Notes under the pieces: generated by a model
Database searches by the model: none
What the model was told of the DNA's origin: nothing
The model's input: only the letters and a program-made list of their open reading frames with translations
Assembly: GCF_000281045.1 (NCBI RefSeq)
Contig: NW_008246131.1
Location: 142,149 to 206,148, forward strand
Direction of reading: 5' to 3'
DNA: 64,000 bases
Origin: Saprolegnia diclina VS20
Taxonomy: Eukaryota
Shown: in pieces, positions 47,445 through 58,396 of the stretch
Numbering within the stretch: position 1 is the first letter of the stretch
Layout: each line of letters begins with the position of its first letter
Program-made: the position numbers and the translations under genes

Positions 47445-47966
47445 TGCCGTCAAGTCAGTCACTGACAACACAATCCCACCGATTTCTCTTGGATTCAGTA
47501 TACTCGGCCCTTCATTCGATCCGGATACGACGGGAAATAGTGTACTCTTGAACGCATCGTGGGACATGCAGCCGCGCCGAGTTCGGCCCCCGTCTTTCGC
47601 AGCCCAGGAAGCGCTGCGGCAGATGCGGCGGCCGCGTGCTTTGTCCGGCGTCCGCGGGCTAACGGTGCAGCGATGCACAGGTCGGGCGAGAATTGTAACG
47701 AAAATAGTGTAAAGATACCGGGTGATAGGCGGTGTGCAGAGAAGAGAGCAAGCTCTTGCACGTTGGCCGCAAAGATCGGCGCGGGCTCAACTCGTCGAAG
47801 AAGCATCTCCCACCGCTGCATGCCGGTGCGCACCCGCGCGTGCGACGCGAGACGACCAGCTGCCTTTGCACGGAAATAGTGTATTTCAGGACATGTCCGA
47901 ATTGAAGCTACACGACCGAATTTGGCCTCAGTTTGCCTTTTTGACATTGCCCGAAGAAGCGTCCCG

Positions 47967-48230
47967 ATGGCCGACCGCCCGCCGACCGTGCTGCCGCCGC
48001 CGCAGCATCTCGGTAGCAAGAGCGACTTTGACGACATTGAAGGTAGCATCCCAGATGTGATCGAAGTCCCATCTCGAATCATAGATCTGATTGAGCGCAA
48101 CAAGTGTGCGAAAGAGTACTACAAGCTCGAGGACTGCCTCGCCGAGTACGACCGCAACTGGTCCAAGTGCCAAGCCGTCGTCAAGCTCTTGCGCGAGTGC
48201 AACGAGACGCGCAACAAGAAGAAGCACTAG
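47967..48230 (+). CDS. Twin CX9C mitochondrial intermembrane-space protein (COA4/CMC-like)
   Basis: C-AKEYYKLED-C..DRNWSK-C-QAVVKLLRE-C. 87 aa. Confidence 0.8.
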   Translation: MADRPPTVLPPPQHLGSKSDFDDIEGSIPDVIEVPSRIIDLIERNKCAKEYYKLEDCLAEYDRNWSKCQAVVKLLRECNETRNKKKH

Positions 48231-48278
48231 TCGCTTATATAGTCGAATTCCCGTCGTCTCTATGGTTGTATGTGGTTT

Positions 48279-50349
48279 CTAAAACGGCGCTTCGGCCGAT
48301 GTCCGCGCTTCGGTGCTGCCCATGACGTCGACGTCGTCGTCGCTGCCGTACCAGCCGTCCATCGTGTCGATCTCCATGGCCGTGTCGTTCTCGCGGCCTT
48401 CTTCTTCCATTGCGAGTCGCGCGTACTCGGCGCGCGCGTACCGGTCCCAGTCGGTGAGCTCAGGCTCGGCCATTTGCTGCCGCAGAAGAAACGGGTCCCG
48501 CTGCTCAAACTCGATAAACTTGCTCAAATTGAAGAGCACGTTGAAGAAGACGCCCGAGAGCCGAATCTTGTCCGGCCGCGTAAAGTCCGTAAAGCGAAAG
48601 TCGCCTTCGATAGCCGGGTGCAGCAGGTCCGACCTACGCTCCTCCAAATCAGCTCCAGTGCTTCTAGCCGCCACGTACATTTGGCACATAATGTCTTCAA
48701 AGGGCACGACTTCCTGGCCCAAGCACTCCATGCGGTGGATCTGGTGGTCGTAGTACACGCGCATCTCGTCGGCGCGAATGACGTTGTCGCCAATGATGTC
48801 GATGAGCTCAAACCAGTAGCGCAAGCTCACGGGGTTGCCCTTGTCTTCTTCCGAGAGCATGAAATCTAGTCATGCAGTCATGAGCCCCATGCAAGTCGAA
48901 TGCAAGCGGCGCACAAATGAAGTCTTCGTAGCTCAGCTTTTGCTTCTCGTCCGGCGACAGCGTCTGCATGCGCGCAAAGGGCCGGCGACCAAACTCAAAG
49001 ATGCGGTCGACGATGATGCGCGTGAGCGCGTGCCCGCCGTAGCGCATGAGGTCGTCGCGCGAGAGGAGAAAGTCGTGGTCCGTGTCGAGCTCCCAAAACT
49101 TGCAGTACAGAACGTAAAAGTGCTCGTACGAAAAGTACGCGTTGACCTACAAAGCTTGGTAGGTATGGAGCTAGAGACGTCAGGTTACCTTGTTGATATC
49201 TTCTTCTTCGTCGACCACGTTGAAGGCCTCGACGAGGTTGGACCGCCGCAGCTTGCGGAGCGTGATCCGGCCGCTGCTGTCCTTGTCGACCATGTAGAAG
49301 ATGCGCACGGCGACCGTGGCCGCTACCGTAAACGTGAGCAGATTTGCAGATAAATGGCGTGGACGTACCGTATTTTTCTTGAAATTCCGGTGTGCCCGAG
49401 AGAAACTCGAGGCCCGGATGGTACTTGAGGAGCTCTAGCTCCATACATGAGAAGCGAGACGCAAGGCAAAGGTACCGTGAAGGAACGGGGCAAAGTCACT
49501 GTGTTCAATGTAGTCGTTTTGGGGCTGCTTGACGAGGCGGAAGAAGCGCTCAATGTTGTCAAAGGGCTGGATCTCCTTTGCCCAGTACGTCTGGAACATC
49601 TCGAGCGTCAAGAGTCGGCCCGAGAGATCGTCCTCGGGCGCGTCGAGGTTGAGCATGAGCTTGCGGATCCGCTGGAAGAGCGGGAGGTTGAAGAAGCTCG
49701 GGAAACCGCAGAGGTCCTTTGTGATCGAGACGAAGCTATCGACGGTGATGCCATCAGGGCCGGCGCCGGCCTGTCGGAAGCGCTCCTCAATATCGCGCTC
49801 TTTTCGGTCCAGTCGGTCGCGTGAGTAGGCGCGGCCACGGCCGCGACCGCCCTCCTTGGGGAAGTAGAATCTGGGGATCATGGCCGACATGTCACTCTAC
49901 AACACTTGTTGCACATGTGCCCATTTGACCCCCGCGCATCGTACCTCGGCGTCTTCGGGCAGCGACAATTGCAGCGGTTCTGGCATGCCCATGTTGATGT
50001 CTTCGACCGAGCCGGCCGAGCCTTTTCGCCGGCTCGGCCCCATGGCCGGGCTGTGGTTCGGCGGCCGCTTCGGCGACCGACACGGGTCTGCGGGGTTGCT
50101 CGTCACCTGGGCGAGGCCGCCGATGATAGATACATTGGTGTGGGCTGCGGGCACGACGACCTCGCGGCCGCTCTTGACGTCGTCGACGAGGCCACAGATC
50201 ATGTCCTTGGTCGCCTCCAGCGAGAGCCATTGCCGGAAGAGCTCCTCCATCTTCATGCGGCCGCTGGGGCAGGACTGTACTGCGTGGAGGTCCCCGAGCG
50301 AGTCGCGGTGGACCATCGTGTCGACCTCGTACGCTGCCTTCGTCATCAT
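48279..50349 (-). CDS. PP2A regulatory subunit B'' (PPP2R3/PR72 family, EF-hand)
   Basis: [97 protein letters not shown]. About 6 introns. Confidence 0.93.
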
Positions 50350-51262
50350 CCTCCTCTCTTCTTCGTCGCCGGATGGAAAAACAATGGCGAGCGGACGCGC
50401 TGTTTACTCATGCGGCCCACCGATTGGCCGAAAAGCCCGCTCGTGTCCATCCCACGCGAGTGCATTGGCTATATATCATCAATAATGGCCAATGAGCGCC
50501 CGCGATGAAGGATGGTCGAGAGACAGTTGCCCCACCTACGCTCGAATTTTGACCAATCAAATACAAGGCTGCTCCCCACGTTTCTGGCGCGCCACGCACA
50601 CTTGCACTTTGTATGCGACGCATGGCTGTGCCAGCGACGCGGAGCCCGCACCTCGTCTCTCGTGGACCTTTGGCGCACGTCTCTCGCACCCAGGTCGCTA
50701 TACTGAAGCGTAGTTGATATCGGTTGCCTTCAACCAACGTGCGCATCCCTCGCCCGAGAGAAAGGCCAGAACCGATGATTTCGGTTTCCTCTGACAAAAT
50801 GGACAGATCATGTCCACATTTTGTCGCTCGACTAGACCGTCGTCCTCATCGACTCCAGTTAGCCCTACTAGACACTCATTCATTGCCAGGAAGGGTATCA
50901 CCCATCATGGGATAGGTCCCGCGTCGTCGACACGCAAGGAGCGTCATCAGCTGTGTCATCCATCATCTTCTAGAACAGGTCATGGATGTTCCCTCGTTGC
51001 GGCTCTAAGAATTCTTCGTTTTCGGTTCTACGAAACCGACATGGTACGTCGTTGCGCACTTCTGGGCTACATACTAGGTGTGGTGTTCAATAGCTCTGGG
51101 TGCAAGGACGCGCTCCGGAGCGTACTAGAGAAGTCAACCACCGAATGTGCAACCAGGACAGTCAAATTGATGGTCTTAAAGGACGCGGTGAACGAGATAG
51201 AACTTGACATTGCACTGGGGACTTGCGTTGGACGTTGCACAACACACATACGGGGAGGCTAT

Positions 51263-52111
51263 TTACTGCGCACACTGGACAGCGTCGCCGTAGAGCTCCT
51301 TGAGCTTGGTGTTGGCGTACTCCAAGCCCGGGCCCGTCACGATCTCCTTGAACTTGGCTTCAATCGACGGCGTCAGGTCCTTCGTGATCGTCTGCCCGAG
51401 CGCCTTGACCGTCACGATGATCGGTGTGATCGTCGCCGTTGTGAACTGCACGTTGCGCAGGAATGGAAACGATTCGCTGCAGCCAATCGACGCGACGAGC
51501 GTCACGGTCTTCTCCGTGCCGCAGCACGTCTTGGTGTCGTCGGCGATGTTGGAGCAGAGCGACCCGAGGCAGCCGTCAATGCGGAGGCTTGCGGGGAGCG
51601 CCGGGAACGTCGCCTTCAAGCGCAGACTCAGCGTGCCGTTGGCCGACGCCGTGAGGTCGACTTGTTCAAAGCGGATGACGTTGAGGCCCGAGATCCAACG
51701 CGCGAGCGCCTTGTAGTTGGAGCCCTTCTCGTTGTAGAGGTAACCCATCTCCTTGCATGGCTTGGGCGGGTTCTTCTCGTTGCACTTGCCCGCGGACGCC
51801 GGGACGTTGTCCTTGACGAGCTGCGCGAGGTTGGGCTTGTTTTCTTGGAGTGCCGCAAGGATGACTTGCGGGAGGTTGACCGCGGTCGAGAGCTCGTCCG
51901 TTGCCGACAGCTGGGTGGCCGACGACGACGCCGACGACGACGGCGAGGCCACGAACACGACAGCACCAACGACGGCACCAACGACCACGAGCGAGGCCAG
52001 GAGCAGCCAGCCGCGACGGCGAGTCGAGTGGCGAGCGGAGGGCGCGTCCGTGATGAGCGCTTCGTCGTTCGTGGGCGTGTGCACGGAGGCAGCAGGGTTG
52101 AATGTCGTCAT
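51263..52111 (-). CDS. Uncharacterised type II membrane/secreted Cys-containing protein
   Basis: 282-aa ORF. RRR followed by TM LLLASLVVVGAVVGAVVFV, Ser linker and 8 Cys. Inr GCTCATTCTCGCATTG at 52126-52141. Confidence 0.8.
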   Translation of the reverse strand: MTTFNPAASVHTPTNDEALITDAPSARHSTRRRGWLLLASLVVVGAVVGAVVFVASPSSSASSSATQLSATDELSTAVNLPQVILAALQENKPNLAQLVKDNVPASAGKCNEKNPPKPCKEMGYLYNEKGSNYKALARWISGLNVIRFEQVDLTASANGTLSLRLKATFPALPASLRIDGCLGSLCSNIADDTKTCCGTEKTVTLVASIGCSESFPFLRNVQFTTATITPIIVTVKALGQTITKDLTPSIEAKFKEIVTGPGLEYANTKLKELYGDAVQCAQ

Positions 52112-53042
52112 ACTGGCTTGGTGGTCAATGCGAGAATGAGCTCACGTAGCCGCGTCGAGGCCAATGCCGGCGTCTGAGTTGGCTACGCTCGAAGATACGA
52201 AGACAAGCGCAGGCTGGCTACCCACGTTCACGTCAACAACCAGCGCCATCGTCTTAGCAGAACGTCAAGATTCAATGGTCGCCTGTCGACAAGGCGCCTC
52301 AACGACCAGCTCGGTGAATCTGAAAACGCCTACACACCCGACTGCTGTGAGAGACGTCCTAGAACACCCGTCCTTGCCCTTGTATTACGCTGTATGCAGG
52401 CACGCCCGCCACGTGAAGACGTGTATGCGATCGTGCATGCCGACAGGCGATTGAAATCTCAGATTCTCGTCGTCTGGTCCTCGGTTCTGCAGTGTGGTTC
52501 CCACCTAACGTTAGATCCACACCGAATGCACCAATCTGATTCGACTAGATTCAAAGTCGTTGCGCGTACACCCATGACCTTTCTGCCGCCTGCGTGGGAT
52601 CGCCATGTGACCCAAGGGGTAGGGCCGTCCTTCGCATGTGCAGCTGCAGCACCGTGGTCAGCGCCAGGTACCTTCCACAACACCTCGTCGATGGAGGAGC
52701 CAGCCAAATATTGTCTTTACTCGATACGATCTGATAGTGTTCAACGACGTGAGCACCTAGGGGCCCACCAACAAGTTCTTACTCGACGCTAGAAGGTAGG
52801 CCTATTACGGCACCACGCACATGCTCTCGGAATGCGACGCGTCGAGATTCTGCTACCTTGCAGTAGCTTGCGCGATGCGACTCAGATGCATCAGCAGCGA
52901 TTGTTCCAGCGCTCGCTCTCAGCAAGCCGATGCGTGCTTGTCCCTGCGTCTGTCAACACCGTCGTCTGTCTGCTCTCGAATTCCCAGCTCGCAGTTGCCA
53001 AGGCTTATCAATCTGTGTTGAAGACAGGCGTGCAGTATCCGC

Positions 53043-55040
53043 CTACACTCGTCGGCGAAGGTAGCGCGTCGGGACGTTCTTGCCTTCCAACTCGTGCTGG
53101 ATCCACGCATAGTAGCGCTCAAAGGTCACGCCCGCTTCAATCGCCTTCTCGTACAAGACCTACGTCCGTCGATGAGCCACGCCATAGAGTATGCTGTCGA
53201 CACTACTTCGTTGCTGATGTTGCAGCGGTCGTTTTCCAAGCCCGCGCCGTTCATCTTGATGGCGGCAGCCGTGAGCACGAAAAACTTGTGGCAAAATGAG
53301 CTCCACCTCAACCACGATGCACAAACCTCTTTGAGAATGTCGTCGACAAGGTCGTCGTCCTTGGCTTTCACGGTCGTTGGTGGCGGCAAGGTCGTCGCCA
53401 GTCGCTGCTTGAGGTGCTGCACCTCAAGCGACAACGAAGCCACCTAGCAGATCGTCAGAAAGCTCGTTTCTTGGCGCTTTGCTTGCCTTTTGCGTCTGCG
53501 CGGCTTCGCGCTGCATGAGCAGTGGGCATGTGGCGCACGACATTGGGGCTGCAGGGATGGGTAGCTTGGCAGGCGACTGTTTGGCCCGCACAAACTCCTT
53601 CTCGAGCTCAATGGAGAGCTCGTGGAAGAGCGACCCGCGCTTGAGGATCTCTGCCCGGCGTCGCTCGAGCGCCGATTCTTGGTGCAGCATCGTGCTCAAG
53701 TCGAACTCGCTCGGCTGTCGGCTGTGCGCGCCGCTCAGTTGTCGCGTATAGCCACGCGGCGACGACAGCTCGCTTGGCTGGCGCGAGTGCTTTGGCGTTG
53801 GGACTGTTGCAATGGTGTCGACGAGCTCCTACGCGCTCGTGTCACGGGCTTGAATAGACAATGTGTCCAACTTCGTTTTTTAGTAGCAGATCGTGCGCCA
53901 CTCGCTTCTCCTGCTCGAGCTGCTCGGTGAGCGCGGCGAGGTCGTCGCGCAACGCGTGCACCTGCGCCGCCGCCGACTCGGCGTCGTCTCGTGTTGTCTC
54001 GAACTGCTCCGTCTACGGGACGAGCAAGACGTCGAGATACTGCATGTAAGCGTGCATACGAGAAGCCGCAACTCGGAGAGAGACTGCGCATGGTTGACTT
54101 GAAGCGCTTTGAACTTTGGCTGCACCTCCAGGAGCGCTTCGACTGCCATTGCGTGGGCTTCCTCCAGCTGACGCACGCGCTGAGTTTGCTCGTGGTTGAT
54201 GTCAAGCAGCTATATGCAAGGTGACGTGCTCCTCGGACAAGAAACAGTGATCCTACGTCGTCGCAGTGCCGCTGAAGTGCTGTGTTTTCGGCGTGAAGCT
54301 GCTTGGTCTCGGCCACAAGGGCGATATTGCGCTCGCGAAGCCCCGCAATTTCGGTGAGCAAGTCGTCTTGCGCGCGTCGCAGGAAGCGAGCGTCGTCCTT
54401 GGCCGACGCCAACTCGTCGCGAAGGGTCTTGGCCACACATCTATGGCAGCTTTATGCGTCCATCTTGATTCAAATCGTGATATGTGAACCTTGCAGTAGC
54501 GCCGTCGGCGTCTGCCGCGCTCTGGTCGTGTAGGACCTTGGCATGCTGGAGGTCCAGGACGCGGTACTTGGCCGAAAGTTCGGCGACTTTGGCGCTCAGG
54601 CTCTAGTGCGAAGGTACAAAATACAAGTTTCGAAGAGGGGAGTACCTTGACATGGGCCTCGGCATCTTCGCAGCGCTGCGTGAGCTACGTAGGTGTAAAG
54701 CACGCACATACGGCGTACGAAGACGCACACTGCCGACGCGATCTTCCATCTCGTAGTCGAGTTGCTGGTTCTGACGCAAGAGGGATTGGCCAATGCGCGC
54801 GGCCAGCTGCGTTTCTTCTTGGGACTCTTCGAGCGCCTTGGTCTGCTTCTCCAGCACGCTCTGCAGGCGTTGCACCTACCCGTCTAGACCGTCGCACGAG
54901 CAGCACCACCGGAAGCGCACCTCGTGCTCCTTCTGCAGTTTCTGGCGCTCGTGGGCGCCGCCAACGACGATCGAATGGCCGCGCCGATGGCCCGCGACAA
55001 GCTTTCCGCGAAGGATTTCGAGAGAATCGTCTCCGTCCAT
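53043..55040 (-). CDS. Coiled-coil protein with CC1-box LAARIGQSLL, paralog B
   Basis: MDGDDSLEILRGKL..|VQRLQSVLEKQTKALEESQEETQLAARIGQSLLRQNQQL, then heptad exons. Last exon VLYEKAIEAGVTFERYYAWIQHEL. Inr GCTCATTG just upstream. Confidence 0.75.
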
Positions 55041-55483
55041 TTGGGTAAAAGGTTCAATGAGCAGTGTCCGCTCGGTGGCTATCTTTAGTCGCTACCGTAT
55101 TTCTTCGACCGGTGCGCCACGGGCGTCGGTTGAAGCGGCAGCGGAGTCGAGAAGAGAGCTCTTGGCCCACGGTGGCTTGTTGCCGCCGGTTGGGGCGCGA
55201 TCCATTCTGCACCGATACCCAAGCAAACCGACCTCGTCACATTCGGCGACCATGACGTGGCATGCTGTCAGAGCAGCTGGCCAAAAGATCCGCCGCATGG
55301 TTTGAACAGCAGTACTTGCAAATCGAAGGTCTCGTAGAAGGTGCGGATACATCCCAAAGCCTGCGTGGGCACAGGATAGCGCTCGCATGGAGGCGCGCCA
55401 CGCGTCACTCGAGTTGGCAAGGATAAAACCTCTGAAAACGCATACGCATAATATCCGCAGGTGGCGAGATTGCAGTTGGGGCA

Positions 55484-57375
55484 ATGCACCTGACGTCGTT
55501 CGTCTGCCCCATTTCGCGCGACGTCATGCGCGACCCCGTGCTGGCGGTCGACGGCCACTCGTACGAGCGCAGCGAGATAACTCGCTGGTTCCAGCAGCGG
55601 CTGACGAGCCCGGTCACCAACCAGCGCGTGGCGTCCGCCGCCGTCGTGCCCAACCACACGCTCAAGCAAGCCATCCAGGAAGCCCGCTCGCAAAGCGGCA
55701 CAACGCGCCAAGCGAGCACTAGCCTTCCGCGGTCGTCCACCCGCCACGAAGCGCTGCCGGAAGACGGCTACTTTGTCTACCAGCTTCTCGAGCCGATCCA
55801 CTTGTGCTTGCAGCCGCGCATTCCAGCGTACACGGAGCGCGCGATGCTGCCGACCGGCGCGCCTCAAATCTTGCCGCCGGGGCAGCTGGTCATCGCCAAC
55901 CGGCGCGAATATGGCGAAGACAACATAGTCTTTTTGCGGCTGCAAGGCTTTGGCAGCGGCGAACCGCGGTACATTTACGAGGCGCGCCATGGCGTGGTCA
56001 TGGCCACACGCCTCGACGCCGTGCGCGGCGTCAGGGTGTACAAGGTGCTGCAGCCGACGCGCGTCTCGGCGCAGCCGGCTGCGAGTACCGTTGGCGACGT
56101 TCTCGCAGCCGGCACGGTCGTTTCGACCGACCTCGTCGTCACTCCAGCGAGCGGGCAGGCGTTTGCTCGGCTCGAGCGCACAACCAAGTGGGTGCGTCTG
56201 GCGCAGCTGCGGCAGCTTCCACTGACCACGGGTCGGTACATCTTCAAACTTGAAGAAACGACAAAGGTGTCGACAAATGCCTTGGCGCGCGTGGGCGGGA
56301 TCGTCGAGACAATGACAGCGCGTGCGGTTCTCGCCTGCGAGAGCTACGCCATCGACGACGCTCGCAACATGGTGCATGTGCATGTGGCGAAAGGCTGGCT
56401 CACGGTGCCACAAAGCGACCTGTACACCTCCCGACCCCCGCGGCTCGCGACCGAGCCCGCCGGTCAGAAAGCACTGGTGCTACTGCAAGGTGAGTACTAC
56501 CTCCTCGTGCTCAACGAAGCCCAGTGGGACGGTTCGTACGCGCAGCGCATTCTACGCCACCTGCCGGATGACATGGACCGCCAGATCGACAACTGCATCA
56601 CAAAAGGCCGGCACGTGACGCACGCGGCGCTCGGCCCGAACGGCGAGTGGTACGTGAGCGGCGCCAAGCCCGACGGTAGCGGCGCGCACTGCTGGTCCAA
56701 GCACACCTCAGCGTTCTTCCAGTCGCAAATGGCCCCGAACGCGACGGTGGCGTTTGGAAGCGACGGCGCCTTTCTCATGGCCTTCCCCAGCGGCACCGCC
56801 GCCTCGGAGAAGGTGCCCGACGCCTATCACGACCGGCTCTGCAGTGGGCACCGCCTGATTTCGCTCGGGTTCCGTCCGCACAGATACAGCGTCGACGGTA
56901 TCTTTGTCCTCGACAGCGCCGGGCTCATGTACCGATCGACGCCCGACTGGCTCCTCGAGGCGTATGAGCGTGGCGCGGTGCGCGGCTCTGGCAAGATCTG
57001 CGGCGGTACGTGTCCCCTCTGCTGCATTCTCTTTATGACGGGATGATGCTAGTGGTGCTGGCCGAAGACAACTGGGTCCTTCTGCGCGAGCACAGTTTCG
57101 AGTCGGACGCGCCCAGCGCCGTGGAGAAGGCGCTGCGTGCGTTCTACGACCGCCATCGCAACATGCAAGCCGCCCGAGCGCGGCTCCTGAGCTACTATGA
57201 CCGGGTTGCGCGAGGCGCCGACCACGTGCGCATCGGACCCGTGTCGGCGCCGGCCGAGCCGAGCGACGACGAGTCGAACCGATCGTCCGACGACCGGTCC
57301 GACCCTCCGTCTTCGTTCAATGAGCCGTCGCGTAGCTCGTCGCCGCGCCCTAGCCGCCGTCGGCGTCTGTACTAA
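55484..57375 (+). CDS. U-box E3 ligase-like protein with beta-rich repeats
   Basis: FVCPISRDVMRDPVLAVDGHSYERSEITRWF..TSPVTN..VPNHTLKQAI. Intron 57006-57052. Confidence 0.88.
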
Positions 57376-58396
57376 GAACGAATGTTGCCGGCTTCTCGAG
57401 GCTGTCGATGGTCGCAAGCGTTGGCGCCTGGACGCGGTCGGTTCGAGCATCCTTGACAGAGGACCGTAGTCTTACGCATAGCTGCAGCACCGACTGGAGC
57501 CTAGAAGCCGTGCATCGTTGATGTAAGCACACCACCAACCAGGTTGGCTCTTGCCCACGTCGTGCGACGACATCTGCAGGCCTCGGGACGCGACCGAGCG
57601 CTACCACGTGTACAGTACGTGACGAAGAAACACTTGGTGCAGCATCCTTCAACTTCCATCAGCGTACTGCAGGCCTAACAGCATGGAGCTCTGCGAAACG
57701 TTGCTCGTACGAGCCAGTGGACGTCGGCGAAGCCGAGGTACTAGTACAACGACGCCATGTGCCACCGCCGTAGTATTCGCAAACGACGAGCTGGCTTGCA
57801 TTGGGTGCACAGCCCCGTCCTCGCATCGGCCTCAACACGACGCAATGGACAGCCGACGCCGTGGCTGCCTCTGCAATGCAGGACGCGGTCACCAAGCAGC
57901 AATGTACCAAGTGCAAACTCGTTGCGATCCTCTGCCAAGCGAGAAAGCCGATCACCCTGCGCTGCGTCGAGGGAGCGGCCGTGGTGCGGAGTGGGCTGGG
58001 CGAAGTTGATTTACACGCTCATCGCCTACCATAGAGTCCAAGCGGCGCCTGCGGTGGTCGTCGGTTCTTGTACCGGGTAGCAAAGAGCGGCCGAGGAGCT
58101 GGTCGGGCGTGTCGCACATCGCAGTGACATGGACGAGCCCGCACCCCTCGGCCATAGCCACGCAGGTGTATGCATCGCTCCATGGCCTCGCGCCGCCTGT
58201 CGGTCCATGCTCGCGCTGCGTCTACCGACGTCGTTGTCGTCGCAGGCGGTGGCGGCCACCGATGGGTGGTGTCCAGCGCCACGTTGGTGCTCCTGGGACG
58301 CCGAAGGACGATATATCCGGATACCATGCCTGAGTGGCGTCCGGATACGAGGCGAGGCCACTCGTCGACTGTCACAACCCGCTCTCTGCTTGCGCC

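Noticed and set aside
50810..52177. 455-aa plus-strand ORF
   Set aside because: Mostly antisense to the 51263-52111 gene; no recognisable features.
57683..58034. Possible small spliced ORF between the U-box gene and tandem anoctamin B
   Set aside because: No consistent start and frame, and no recognisable product.
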